The notes under the pieces: generated by a model
Told to the model about the DNA's origin: nothing
What the model saw: the letters and a program-made list of their open reading frames with translations, nothing else
The model's database searches: none
DNA from: Glycera tridactyla
Taxonomy: Eukaryota
Assembly: GCA_965644265.1 (NCBI GenBank)
Contig: OZ286474.1
Span: forward strand, 76,384,001 to 76,448,000
Direction: 5' to 3'
DNA length: 64,000 bases
In this document: in pieces, positions 14,060 through 25,500 of the stretch
Layout: the number at the start of each line of letters is the position of its first letter
Numbering within the stretch: the first letter of the stretch is position 1
Made by a program: the position numbers and the translations under genes

Positions 14060-15300
14060 TATACGACTGTGTATCCTGCAATACACACATTACCAACAGC
14101 ATATCCTGCAGTGAGAGCATGATTAAACAGGTGTATGTCCTGCAATGGAAACATATAATCATGGACAGTAGCATAACCTGCAGTGGAGGGAAAGATAGAC
14201 AGATGTGTATTCTGCAATTGAAACATAGTCAGCAGTCAATCTTGCAGTAGACGCAAGGATGGACCGGTGTATATTCTGCAATGGAAACATCTGCAGAGGA
14301 AACATAGATAATCAACCACATATCCAGCAATGGAAACATTTATAAAAAGCAGCATATCCTACAGTGGATGCATAGATAGATAGTTATATATCCTACAGAG
14401 GTAACTTCATATTGAATGCATCATATCCTGCGATGGAAGGATAGATAGACGGTTATATATCCTACAAGTGAAACGTACATAGACAGCAGCATATCCTGCG
14501 GTGGGAGCAAAGACAGTTGTATATCCTACAAAGGACATCCATATAGATAGCAGCATAGATAGTCATATATCCTACAAAGGACATCCATATAGATAGCAGC
14601 ATAGATAGTCATATATCCTACAAAGGACATCCATATAGATAGCAGCATAGATAGTCATATATCCTACAAAGGACATCCATATAGATAGCAGCATAGATAG
14701 TCATATATCCTACAAAGGACATCCATATAGATAGCAGCATAGATAGTCATATATCCTACAAAGCACATCTATATAGATAGCGGCATATCCTGCGGTGGGA
14801 GCATAGACAGTCATATATCCTACAAAGGAATCGTATATAGACATCAGCATACAATAGAAGCACTAATGGACAGTCGTACATCATGAAATAGGAACAATCA
14901 TAGACGGCAGCAAATCCTAGAATAGAAGCAGAAATAGACTTCTCCATACCATGCAGGAGAGGGAAACATTCTCAGAATCACCAGTTTCTTCTGAGAAACG
15001 AAACATAGATGGACAGGTGTTCATCATGCAGTTTGAACACAAATTGATGCATACTGCGCAATAGAAATGAAGAAGGCTAGCGACATATCTCGCCTTGTTA
15101 GCATAGATATATGTTGCAGTAGGGCAGCGGAAACATTTGTACGACACTATGGTGAAGAATTGTTTATCATATAGACAGCGTCCAGCAATGGAAGTAGAGA
15201 TATATAGTGGTGTACCTTTCAACGGACATCGCGATGGACACTCGTATCGAGAGCTGCATATGTTACAGACAGAACCAAAATAGAATGTTGCATATCCTGC
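14060..15300. repeat. 46-bp minisatellite core (14520-14785, five near-perfect copies plus a partial) in a degenerate ATATCCTG/ATAGACAG repeat field
   Basis: Unit TATATCCTACAAAGGACATCCATATAGATAGCAGCATAGATAGTCA; diverged related units extend on both sides. Confidence 0.85.
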
Positions 15301-15972
15301 ACTGGACATACGAATAGATGGTTACGTATGTTCCAATATAGGCACCCGCGTATCGTCTTTTGCTATTGGTTGACAAGTTCATATCTTTGCATAGGATGGT
15401 TGATCGGTTCTGGTTTGAGGTCACCGTCATATGTGCCGTATTGTGACGCCCATGTGATCGGCATGGATGGGAACATTCAAGACCCTCTCATTCGGGTCCC
15501 CGACTGAAGTTCAAAATTCATGAAATTGACAGACACTCATGATATCATTTCTGTGATCGCCGCATGGGAACATTGGTGCATAAGTGATGCAGGGTAGTGA
15601 AGATGACGTACAATTATCTGTAAGGACATCAATAGTCAAGCAACATCAGCTGTTGCAGGGATGTCGAGGCACCATATCTGGCTCACGGGATATAAGAATA
15701 CTTATCAAGAAGGGTAAAAACGTATTCCAATGAGGATTGCAAGAGAAAAGATATGTCTCACTGTCGATATGCATCTATTGATGGATTGTAGGTACGTTAC
15801 AAATGATACCTCTGGGAAAAGGTCGAACCTCAGATGATCGAATGTACATGAGAAAAATGTGATTTACTGTGTGCTTTGTTCTTGTTTTTCGAAGTAAGAG
15901 CCACACACCAGCATACACAACAATAGTCACTTTTTGGGCACCTACTTTCCGCTTATCCTGATACCTGATAAG

Positions 15973-15991
15973 ATACACACACACACACACG

Positions 15992-16021
<30 letters not shown>
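15973..16021. repeat. (CA)n(TA)n microsatellite, left flank of the PLE
   Basis: Direct reading. Confidence 0.95.
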
Positions 16022-16022
<1 letters not shown>

Positions 16023-16329
16023 GTTTACGTAAGACAAGTGCGTCCACTCTCGAGCAGGTGTTACCGAGCTTTGAACGGACGTACCGTTGCGCGCCACGTG
16101 CGTGACGTCACAGTGATTGTGACGTCACAAGTGTCTCCAGGCAAACAAAAACAACTCCAAATAAGGGGGCTTATTTGGGGTCTGTTCTGAGTGGTTCATG
16201 GTCCCCCCACTGGGTGGCTGGTGGGCCAGGCCTGTGTCCCCCAAAAGAAGTCTTGGTGGGGATGGGGTGTGAACTCAATGTTTGGCCAGTGACACCCAGC
16301 CTATTCTAGGCTCAATAAGAAGCAAAGAT

Positions 16330-16378
16330 AGGCTGTTGCACCTCGGTTTCGGAGCTAACTTCTCCTCATCAGACACCT
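16330..16378 (-). ncRNA. type I hammerhead-ribozyme-like motif in the PLE 3' region
   Basis: Minus strand reads AGGTGT-CTGATGA-GGAG(AAGTTAG)CTCC-GAAA-CCGAGGT-GCA-ACA(G)CCT. Core boxes and stem II are perfect and stem I pairs with one bulge. The cleavage triplet reads GCA instead of canonical NUH. Confidence 0.65.
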
Positions 16379-16826
16379 CTTGCAGTGAGTCCCTGGGGCC
16401 GGGGGTCGGTCCCAGAGCCACGCTGCAGCTCTATGTTTGGATTGAGTCTCAGGGGGGATGTTGTTAGGTGGACACCTGACAGCATCCCTGGTAGGATGTT
16501 CCATGTAGTGACAGGGATGTTCCTAGGTCGCAGTGACCTGTGGTGAGCCCCATTGGCCGTCTCACATGGCATTACTGTCATGTGGGGCGGCCCATGGGGC
16601 CATCCTCCTGTCGGTGGGCATTGACTCACCGGCCGGTTGCATGGGAGATCCCATGGGTCATTTGCTGGCCTGTTGAGAATCTGGTGGCGCTTGCATTACA
16701 TGTATAGCAGGTGCCAACTTTGGAGTCCCAAGGTTGGCACAGAGTGAGTGTGATGCCGTGGTGGGTGTGTCCCGAGTAGGGATGCTTAAAATGTTTACGT
16801 GTATGGGGGGCACGCCCCCCATGGCA

Positions 16827-19160
16827 TTAGCACTCTTTGATTTTGTTTCTGATGGTGCATTGTTTGATGTTTCTACAATGCTGGGGGTTCGGTGACTTGT
16901 CCATGGTATTGAGTCCCATGGGGGTCATGGTTTTCAGTGTCTGGATCCACCTGAATTCGACATGTAGTCTCATGTCTAAGGCGAATCCAGCCTCCTGGGG
17001 GGCATATATGAAGTCTAGAATATGTATAGACAGATCCCTTGTTCCTGAGTGTCCAGCACTGTTAAAGTGTCTGCCAATGTCTTCCTTCATGTCCCGTCTG
17101 TTGATGACACCAAAGTGAGCCTTGAATCTGTCCATTAAGGTGCCACCTGTTTGTCCCACATATTGTTTCTGACAGTGACGACATGTGATGCAGTAAACCA
17201 GATTGGTGCTTTTGCATGTTACATTACGTCTACTCTCATACTTTTTGCCTGTGTGGCTGCTGGTGATTGCTCCACTTGTGTCCAATATGGGGCAGTACCT
17301 GCAGTTTTTGGTCTTGCACATGTTCTCCCTTCTGCTACAGGAGCCTCCCCCCCTGGGTTTGTGGGTGGATGTTCCCTTAATTTTAGCTGATACAAGGAAG
17401 TCCCTCAGATTCTTTGGGCGTCTGTAGCCAAATCGGGGTCGGTCTTCTGCCAGGAATTTAGTCGTGGTGGACCTGTGCAGGACTTCCCAATTTGTGTTTA
17501 CTATTTGGCGTAGGGGCGTTGCTAGAAGGTTGTAGGTGGACACTAAGAAAGGGCTTTCAGTGTCAGCCTCGGGCCTCTCGCGTGTGAGTCTGGCTTCAGC
17601 CAGGCTCACTTCCTTAGCTCTGGTGTAGGCGTCATTCAGGACTTGAGATGGGTACCCACGGCGTGAGAAATGGTATCTCATGATTACGCAGTGTTTATGA
17701 AAGTCGCTGTCGTGGGTACATATTCTTCTCGCCCTGAGGAACTGACTGTACGGGAGACTACGTTTGCAATGTGGTGGGTGGGCTGAACCAAAGTGCAAGT
17801 AGTTGTGACTGTCAGTTGGCTTTGAGTAGAGATCTGTCCAGATCTGCCCTGATCCATCCAAGTTCACCACTGTGTCTAGAAAGACCACTCTTTCGTGTGA
17901 GATTTCTGTTGTGAACTTGATGGTCCTGTGGCAGCTGTTCAGATGGTCTATCCAAAGATGTAGTTCGTCGTCTGTGCCTGTGAATATAGCAAAGCAGTCA
18001 TCTATATATCTTCTGTACACCAAGGGCTTGATGTGAAAGTTATAGACAAATTTATCTTCGATGTAGGCCATGAAGATGTTTGCTAGACTGGGTGCTACCC
18101 TGGTGCCCATGGCGGTGCCGCCTACTTGTAAGTAATTGGCACCGTGAAATTGGAAGTTGTTGAGTTCCAGGACGAGTCTTAGTAGTTCTACCAGCGATTC
18201 GTTTCTAGGGAACCGAGCATTTGGCCTGTGTTTCTCCAGGAATGTTGCTACACTTTTTATGCCCTCGTCATTCGGGATATTGGTGTAGAGGCTGGTCACG
18301 TCAAGTGTCAGTAGGCGGCTGCCTGGTGGCACTTTGTCGATCTTGTCTAAAACATTTAGGAAGTCTGTCGTGTCTCTCAGGTAAGATGGTATCTCTTTCA
18401 AGAATGGTTGCAGAAAGAAGTCCACGAATTGGGAGATTCTTTCTGTGGGGCATTCGTTGGCTGAGATGATCGGTCTTCCCGGTGGTGGTCTCTGGGCTTT
18501 GTGTATTTTGGGTAGTAGGTACATTTGGGCAGTGCGTGCACGTAAAGACTTAAGTGACTTTGCCTTTTTGTCCGTGATTTGGCCACTTCTCATGCGTTCA
18601 TCAATGACACATCCGGGAGTAACTGGGCACAGGTATTCTGTGGTTTTGTTGTCTATTTCCCTGTTTTCTGTCATGCATCTCACAGCTTGGTACACCAAGG
18701 ATGTATGCTTGTCGGTGAGGTCCTCGGGAACTGGTTTATAGAAGTTTCTATCCTCCAGTTGCCGGTGGCCTTCCGCAAGATAATCTGTGAGGTTCATGAG
18801 TACCACTGCAGACCCCTTGTCTGCCGGTTTGATGATTACATCCCGTTTTGACGTGAGGTCTTTAAGTGCGAGGCGTTCTTGCCTCGAGAGGTTACTGGAA
18901 GATGGTCGCTCAAAAGATAGTTTGGCTAGTTCCAATTCATTAAACTCGATCAGGGCTGAAAGAGCCGGTGGTGAGTGGGGTGGTTGCCAAATGGATTTGG
19001 GCATGAACATCTTATGTGTGAACGGTCTGTCCATGTACACAGCTTCCGGTGATCCCTGGGGGGGGCCGGCCCCTGTGTTCATGGGCAGAGGATCACGAAC
19101 CATGAACGCAGCGATGCTTGCGCTAGATGGGTCAGTTGGCCTCTTGGGAGGGCGTCCCAC
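16827..19160 (-). CDS. PLE polyprotein: reverse transcriptase + C-terminal GIY-YIG endonuclease (777 aa as called; frame open to 19295; first ATG ~19100)
   Basis: IKPADKG, LPKIHK..GRPIIS, LTLDVTSLYTNIP, QVGGTAMGTRVAPSLANIFM, YRRYIDD (intact), Cys linker CKTKNCRYC, NLVYCITCRHCQKQYVGQT (GIY-YIG with CxxC insert), IGRHFN..GH, E.RWI..L.T..P.GLN. No internal stops. Confidence 0.95.
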   Translation of the reverse strand: MGRPPKRPTDPSSASIAAFMVRDPLPMNTGAGPPQGSPEAVYMDRPFTHKMFMPKSIWQPPHSPPALSALIEFNELELAKLSFERPSSSNLSRQERLALKDLTSKRDVIIKPADKGSAVVLMNLTDYLAEGHRQLEDRNFYKPVPEDLTDKHTSLVYQAVRCMTENREIDNKTTEYLCPVTPGCVIDERMRSGQITDKKAKSLKSLRARTAQMYLLPKIHKAQRPPPGRPIISANECPTERISQFVDFFLQPFLKEIPSYLRDTTDFLNVLDKIDKVPPGSRLLTLDVTSLYTNIPNDEGIKSVATFLEKHRPNARFPRNESLVELLRLVLELNNFQFHGANYLQVGGTAMGTRVAPSLANIFMAYIEDKFVYNFHIKPLVYRRYIDDCFAIFTGTDDELHLWIDHLNSCHRTIKFTTEISHERVVFLDTVVNLDGSGQIWTDLYSKPTDSHNYLHFGSAHPPHCKRSLPYSQFLRARRICTHDSDFHKHCVIMRYHFSRRGYPSQVLNDAYTRAKEVSLAEARLTRERPEADTESPFLVSTYNLLATPLRQIVNTNWEVLHRSTTTKFLAEDRPRFGYRRPKNLRDFLVSAKIKGTSTHKPRGGGSCSRRENMCKTKNCRYCPILDTSGAITSSHTGKKYESRRNVTCKSTNLVYCITCRHCQKQYVGQTGGTLMDRFKAHFGVINRRDMKEDIGRHFNSAGHSGTRDLSIHILDFIYAPQEAGFALDMRLHVEFRWIQTLKTMTPMGLNTMDKSPNPQHCRNIKQCTIRNKIKEC

Positions 19161-19493
19161 TTTCTGGCGTGGTGGTGGTGGTTGTGTGTCATTGTTTAGT
19201 TGTTCAGTGTCGGCGCCGAAGAAAGCCCGGAGATATATATATATATATATTTTAATGATGTATACCCATTGTGCTATAAACTTCGGGAAACCCCCTCACA
19301 AACTGGGAGGGAATCTGCAAGCTGACTGCCACTGACGCCATGACCAGGTCATGACGTCACATCGCTTAAGCGACGTGGCTACCATAGTAACGTTGACACT
19401 GGACTTAAATAGCACGACGCTTGAAATTAGCGTCATTCTCGGTAGCACGAGCCAGGAGGACTATTGCCTCATCGAAGATCTTTCTTCAACCGC

Positions 19494-19556
<63 letters not shown>

Positions 19557-19565
19557 TATATATAT
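19494..19565. repeat. (TA)n microsatellite, right flank of the PLE
   Basis: Direct reading. Confidence 0.95.
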
Positions 19566-22500
19566 TATGGAGCAACTTACTTGATATATATGAATCCGAG
19601 AGAGCTAGCTTACATACGTCCGATTGGAACGAGAGCTAGCGGACAAAAGACTGAGCGGGGCTTAGCCCATGGCCAGTCTGATGCTGCAAATATTATTAGA
19701 CCAATACCTCCTAGAGGGGGTACCAGGTTCGAAGCGCAGTAGCGGCTATTCATACGAGCTACAGGCGCCAGAACCACCGGATTTCTTGGAAACGGCTCAA
19801 GAACATTCTATACAAGGCATTGAATAGGCCAAATCGCCGATCCTACGTCAGAATTGACCTAATTATCGTAGTCTGATGACGTAGGTTTGTAGGTCAAAAT
19901 CTCGGCACCGCTGGGTCCCAGGAACCCAAAAATGGTCCCAGACGGTGAGGAATGTACCTTTCGATCATATCGGACTCCTTCTAAGTCACCAATGTGGCTC
20001 ATGCCACGCATACGTCAGAATTGGACGAGGGATGCTTAGAAACGGCATACCTCACTCTACTATAAAATCTCCAGAAAATCGAGAAATCGGGGTACTGCGA
20101 TACGGGCACTACCAGAAGTTATCCCAGGGGCAAGGAAAGGGCCGGACTACCGAACAGACGGCTACGACATCGACATCCCTAAGATCTAGTACCTCACTTA
20201 GTAGAGCTTAACAGCCTGCTTGTCACAGCATTATTTGAGCGAGTGGTGTTATACTTTGTAGACTCTCTACCACCACACTCTAGAGCTTGTGTACGATATA
20301 ATGACATTCTATGGCTAGTGATTCATAGTGAAAACACGAAGACGAGAAGTGGACTCCACATCACTTTAATGAGCAAACTATTGATCGAAGAGGAACGCAA
20401 AGGAACGTGGTGAAAGTCGGTGGTCCATACCTTCCACTGCCCCTCGCAGATACATTATAACAACGAGAGCCGTCATAATATATATCTATTCCTATATGCA
20501 CGTAAAAAGACACAACTGTCTATCACAAAGAGTGGGGATTGCCCCACGACAGCGGTGCCCCTTTTCATAAATTTCAGTCTCTCAGTCTGATATTACCCAA
20601 GAAGGTTGAAATGACATTTAACTCAAACCATCCATCAAACAAACATATTATTGGTGAGAATGTGCAACCCCCCGAAAGGGAATCCCCCCGGGGCCGATCC
20701 TCGACATTGTCACTCACCCATTTTGAATGGCTTCAAATAGGGTATAATCTCAAATAGACAAACTTCTGAGATCGAATAGGCTCATCCCCAGAATCACACA
20801 CATCAGTATGACATTTATAATGTAGTGCCCCATCAGCCCAAGGAGGGAGTTGGTAAGAAGGCCAGCCGACCAATGGCATCGGTGCAACACCTATGGATGT
20901 TTGTATTGGTTACTGAGCTTGGTACTATATTCCACGGTGCATGAGTGTGACGTGATGGCTGTTACATCAAAACCGGCTATAATACTTAAATTGGCCGCTT
21001 ATATTGTCTATCAATCTTGAGTATTAAAGTTTAAATTGATGGAATTTCAATCGAATCAAAATATGTCAACAACTCTGATACTAGGACACGTACAGGCAAA
21101 GTGGTGGAAGTTACTCTTTAAAGCACGATATCCCGTGAAGAATTGGAAACTATATTAGTTGAACTATACACATGGTCAAATGTGTTATCCCATGGCTTTA
21201 CTCGATGTTCAGCACAACCATGTGATTTGGTGTTGCAGATCACATGGTTGTGCAGTAGTGCAATCCCAGGGAGGATGTACGAGTGGAATCTGGCGTGATT
21301 AGGTACTACTCGTATTCATCTTCCTGAGTGTCAGAGATCATACTTTTTGAAAGCTGTTCAGAAGTCATGTGCCATCTTCATATTCTCGCTGGCGCACTTA
21401 CCAGAATTGATATTCAGCTATTATTCACTGGGAGGCACAACATTTTCCGAATCAAATATTGAGATCATTTGACGAGTATGGTTTTGACGATTTTCCCATG
21501 AAGGGTTACATATTATGATGTTGGTATTATCGATCGATGCTAATATTCAACAAAACTTTATTCTGTGAGGCAAAAACAAGAATTATGTTGATAACGTCGC
21601 TGGGTCACACTTGTTTTGATCTTCAACCCCAACCACACAACCATGACTTCTCACTAGATGGTCTCAAGCTGTCCTTCCAGACTAGCATTGTCCTCAGGCT
21701 CGCTGGTCTGGCCACACCGCCCTTCTATAGCATGCACTATGCATCTATCACTGATAGACCCGACAAGGCCGGGACAGTTGATGATCGTATCAGTGTGTTA
21801 CAGGAATGTCATGCGCTCATCGAGCCCGGGCGTATGTGAGACATGTCTCAAAGTGGAATCCAATTACCATATATAGATGCTGAGTGATTCATTCGAAGGT
21901 CCGCTTATATACTTCAGGGAGAAGATATATCCTGGAAATGCATCAAACAGGCTAATCTTAGAGGCTAACCTTCTGTCTAGTCCATGATAGAAACCATATA
22001 GTGCACGTCATCACTTCAAGTTTTGTTCCTGGTTTGTAATCAATCAAAGATCAAAGAAACATTGTTTCTTCTTTGAGCAAAATATGAATATCGCAAATCA
22101 TTTAGACATAATTGAAGTCAGCATACCACAGGCCTGGAGATATTCACAACAGTCTCAGCCGAAAAGACATTCTTCAGAGATTGGAATAGGCACAGGTGGG
22201 TAAAGAAGTACCTCGAACTGATTTAGATGAGCAATTTCCATGATGAGATAATATCAGTATATATGACGGATTATCCAATTATACAAGAGAATCAAGCACA
22301 GTAAGTAGTATACGCACTATCATATCCAAGATTTGTGTCTGGCTCCATCTCGAGCACGAGACCTGGCTGTAATCTACACCGGTAAATTATATCCCTGCCC
22401 TGGACCCACGTCCAATCCCTCTCGCTCTTACCAGAATATCTGCTTGAACATCCTATCTATATCCTTGGGTCAAGCCCTTACACTTGAATAATCCACAACC

Positions 22501-25500
22501 CACCCATTCTTCATCATTTGCTACTTTATACACACAACCCGATATCTCTTTCTCAGACGGTAGCACCAGATCTGGTCACAGTCTCTGGTTGGCTCCGATT
22601 ATCTTTGCAACTGAAGCTGGTCATGTATTGTGTTAGCACCAGCTATTATCACCAAACTAAATACTCGTGAGAGAAATGCTCTTGCCCAGACTTTAGCCCA
22701 GTCAATAAGGCTGGTGACAGCCATATTGTCGACAATGCGAGCGTCCTTGATCAATATCATTCACTGGCATGCATCACCTGCAGAGACTAGATAATTGCTG
22801 TCAGTTTGTGAAGAGAGAAACTGAAATGCTACCAATAATAACATTGGATATGGAGAGAAAACCAATCTTCTCACTAAAAACAACCCTCTGGTTCGTGAAA
22901 ACAGCCTCAAGGTCTGTGATGTTACGATAGGAATGTTATCCCTGGAAATGTTTTTGATTCTTATATCATCTGGCTAGACAGACCGCAGCGAATAAGTTTC
23001 ACTGTTCTATAGACCACAGGTTTTGAGAAGGTAATTTACCCATCAGATTTTGGTCAACGGATAACATAATAGTATGTTGAGGACATTGAGTATATACCCA
23101 TGACCACTATCTTCAGCAGAGATTGAGATAAAGGACATGGATGAAACTCCAATGTGATGAGATTCAACTGGTGAATGTGGTAGAACTACTGAGATGTAAT
23201 GAGATTCGAGTGGTGAATGTGAAACTATTGAGGACTGATTTGATCTGCAAAAGTGTCCGACATGTCTATCTGATTGTCATCGAGAGTTTATCACGCAATC
23301 TAATTGAATGAGTTCGAAGGTAATTAGTCTAAAGAATAGCGTTCCGTGAGATCATTGCCATTGGTCGGACTGACTGATTGTACACTTTCCAGTAGATGAG
23401 ATAAGAACCCCTCTACATCTAATTCGAACCCTAGTTCCTTTTTGACCGAAAACCTATCAGGTAGTCAACATGAATTTTCACCACTGGCAAGCAATATAGA
23501 GCAATGATATCCATCGTTCTCAACAATTATACTTATTGAATCCTTAGATGTCAGGTAGTGAAATTTGACTTCCAGATGAATGTCAGATAATGGGCGGGCA
23601 GTTGTCTTGGGAATTTCTGGAATGTGAAGGTGAGATGAAATATTCTTCTCAGAATTACAGATCCAGCGAGTGGATCCAGATGTGGGCTTCTTATTCATTC
23701 CACACGACCATGGTAACAGACCTCGAGAACAGGACAGAATATCACTTTCATTTCATGTGGATATCATAGCTTATGTTTATCCAATGGCTGAGGCGAGATG
23801 TGGCTGTAAAGCATATCAAACTGTCAGCATGGATATCTAACCCCTGGCATGCAATATAGAGAAGTGATGTCCATCGTTCTCAACAAATATACTAATCGAA
23901 TCCATTGACGCCAGGCAGTGAAATTGGACTTCCAGGTGAATGTCTGATGATTGGCAGGCAGTTGTCTCGGGAATTTCTGGAATGTGAAGGTGACTTTTGA
24001 AATCTTCCCATCGGAATTACAAATACAGCGAGCGGATCTAGATGTGGGCTACTAATTCATTACACTCAATTATGCTAACAAACTCAACAAAAAGGATAGA
24101 ATTTCACTCTCATTTCATGTGGATGTCATGGCTACTGATCCATTCCACTAGATCATGCTAAGCGACCTCACGAAAGGATAGAATTTCACTTTCATTTCAT
24201 CTGGATGTCATAGCTCTTATTTTCACAATGGCTGAGTGTGATGTGGCTGAAAAGGAGTGGCCAAGTGAGCGGAGAGTTCATCATGTAAGAAAGCAGAAAA
24301 CATTTGACTGTCGCTAGTTGCATTATGATGACCTGACGAGGTGATATAAAAAGTGTTTGCACACGTTTTCTCCACATAGAAATGCAGCTCATGTCGAAAT
24401 GGTACGGACCAAATGGTGAATAGTGGCATTGGGGAAGCGAATGTGCTGAATGTAGAAGTGTGTAAACGTCTGCTGGAGTCGCCGTGCTGTTAGTAAACAC
24501 ATACAATTAGTTTCCGCATTTTGGAGAATGATCTAGTCGTTCATCAGAGCTCCAGATTGAAGAGTTGGTACTAAGATGTTTCCTGAATTGACACATTCCT
24601 ATTGTTGGTACATTAGTTATTTTGACTGGTTGAGTAGGACAGGTTGGGAGTCATGTAAACAAGCTCAGGCTCACACACAAGAGTGGTCGCTCATCTATGA
24701 GATCATAAATCCATCTGGCCACTGCTGCTGGAATGCACTCTGCTAACACCCAGCCATTCTTATTTACATTCACATGTGCCTTTATCATAAATTATTGGCT
24801 GATATTCGGTGCCAATGCCTTTTCAGTCATTAGATCGCACCAGCATTCATTCAGTTGGACTATATGTGCTTTCCTCAGTCGTACTATAGTAGTATCAGGA
24901 TATGGAACTTCTGAAGACTAACATTTTCCAATATCCAAATTCAGGCACTTCTGTCGAGATTTTTTCTCCAATCATAAACTCAATGAATACAAAGAGTCTG
25001 AATGTAAGTTAATTGCTGAAACCATTCATTTGATTTCATCTCCATCTATTGTTTATATGGGTCTCTGCATCCAACGATCCTAGATGAGGCACCAGTCCGA
25101 TCTAATTTCTGTTGGTAGTAGAATGAAATAGTAAATGAACTGTCGTTAAGGTGTGATGGATGTGGTCACCCACTCATAAGAGAGGTCTGCTCGTGTTGAG
25201 AGATCATTCATGTCAACACACCCATACTAACTCTCTCATAAGTGACAGTGTTTGTTGAGAGACTGATTATCTCTAATATGATTTACAACCTCACAACACA
25301 TATTTCTCACTAGTTGCAGGGTTGCTCAAAGAAGATCAATCTTGCTCTTTATGTGTGGCCATTCAACACATCTCTGCTAAAAGCCATCTTGTCAAGTAAC
25401 CATAACTCTAATATATGATGTAGTGTCACTCACTGCATCTTTGTTTCCATCACGATGTTTAGTGACAATAGGGGATGTAGATAAGTGAGAGTGGGCCACT

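Larger units (their letters stand above)
16022..19493 (-). mobile_element. Penelope-like retroelement (Neptune/Naiad type) inserted between (TA)n tracts
   Basis: GC-richer block bounded by (TA)n at ~15992-16021 and ~19494-19565 and containing the RT-GIY-YIG ORF. The 5' boundary is uncertain because an internal (TA)9 at 19233-19250 could be the true junction. Confidence 0.85.

Noticed and set aside
16837-19335. Plus-strand ORFs antisense to the PLE ORF
   Set aside because: Shadow ORFs with no recognisable motifs.
19161-19352. In-frame ATG (19352) and TGA (19296-19298) upstream of the PLE ORF, suggesting selenocysteine readthrough as reported for some Naiad elements
   Set aside because: The extension runs through a (TA)9 tract (IYIYIY), the TGA is not at a conserved Cys position, and I could not identify a convincing SECIS by eye. 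A SECISearch run on 16022-16826 (minus strand) would settle it.
19467-19493. Possible second hammerhead remnant (TTGAAGAAAGATCTTCGATGAGG, minus strand)
   Set aside because: No GAAA box after a closed stem II.
19700-20220. CpG-rich block with VRSAVAAIH / RAGLPNRRLRH, reminiscent of a tyrosine recombinase
   Set aside because: Spacing is far too short, there are multiple stops and no catalytic RG or H/Y motifs; left as unclassified repeat-like DNA.
23850-23890. LLRTMDITSLY, resembling PLE RT motif A, in the tandem array (minus strand)
   Set aside because: No neighbouring RT motifs (PKIHK, GxxMG, YxDD) in correct spacing; likely chance.
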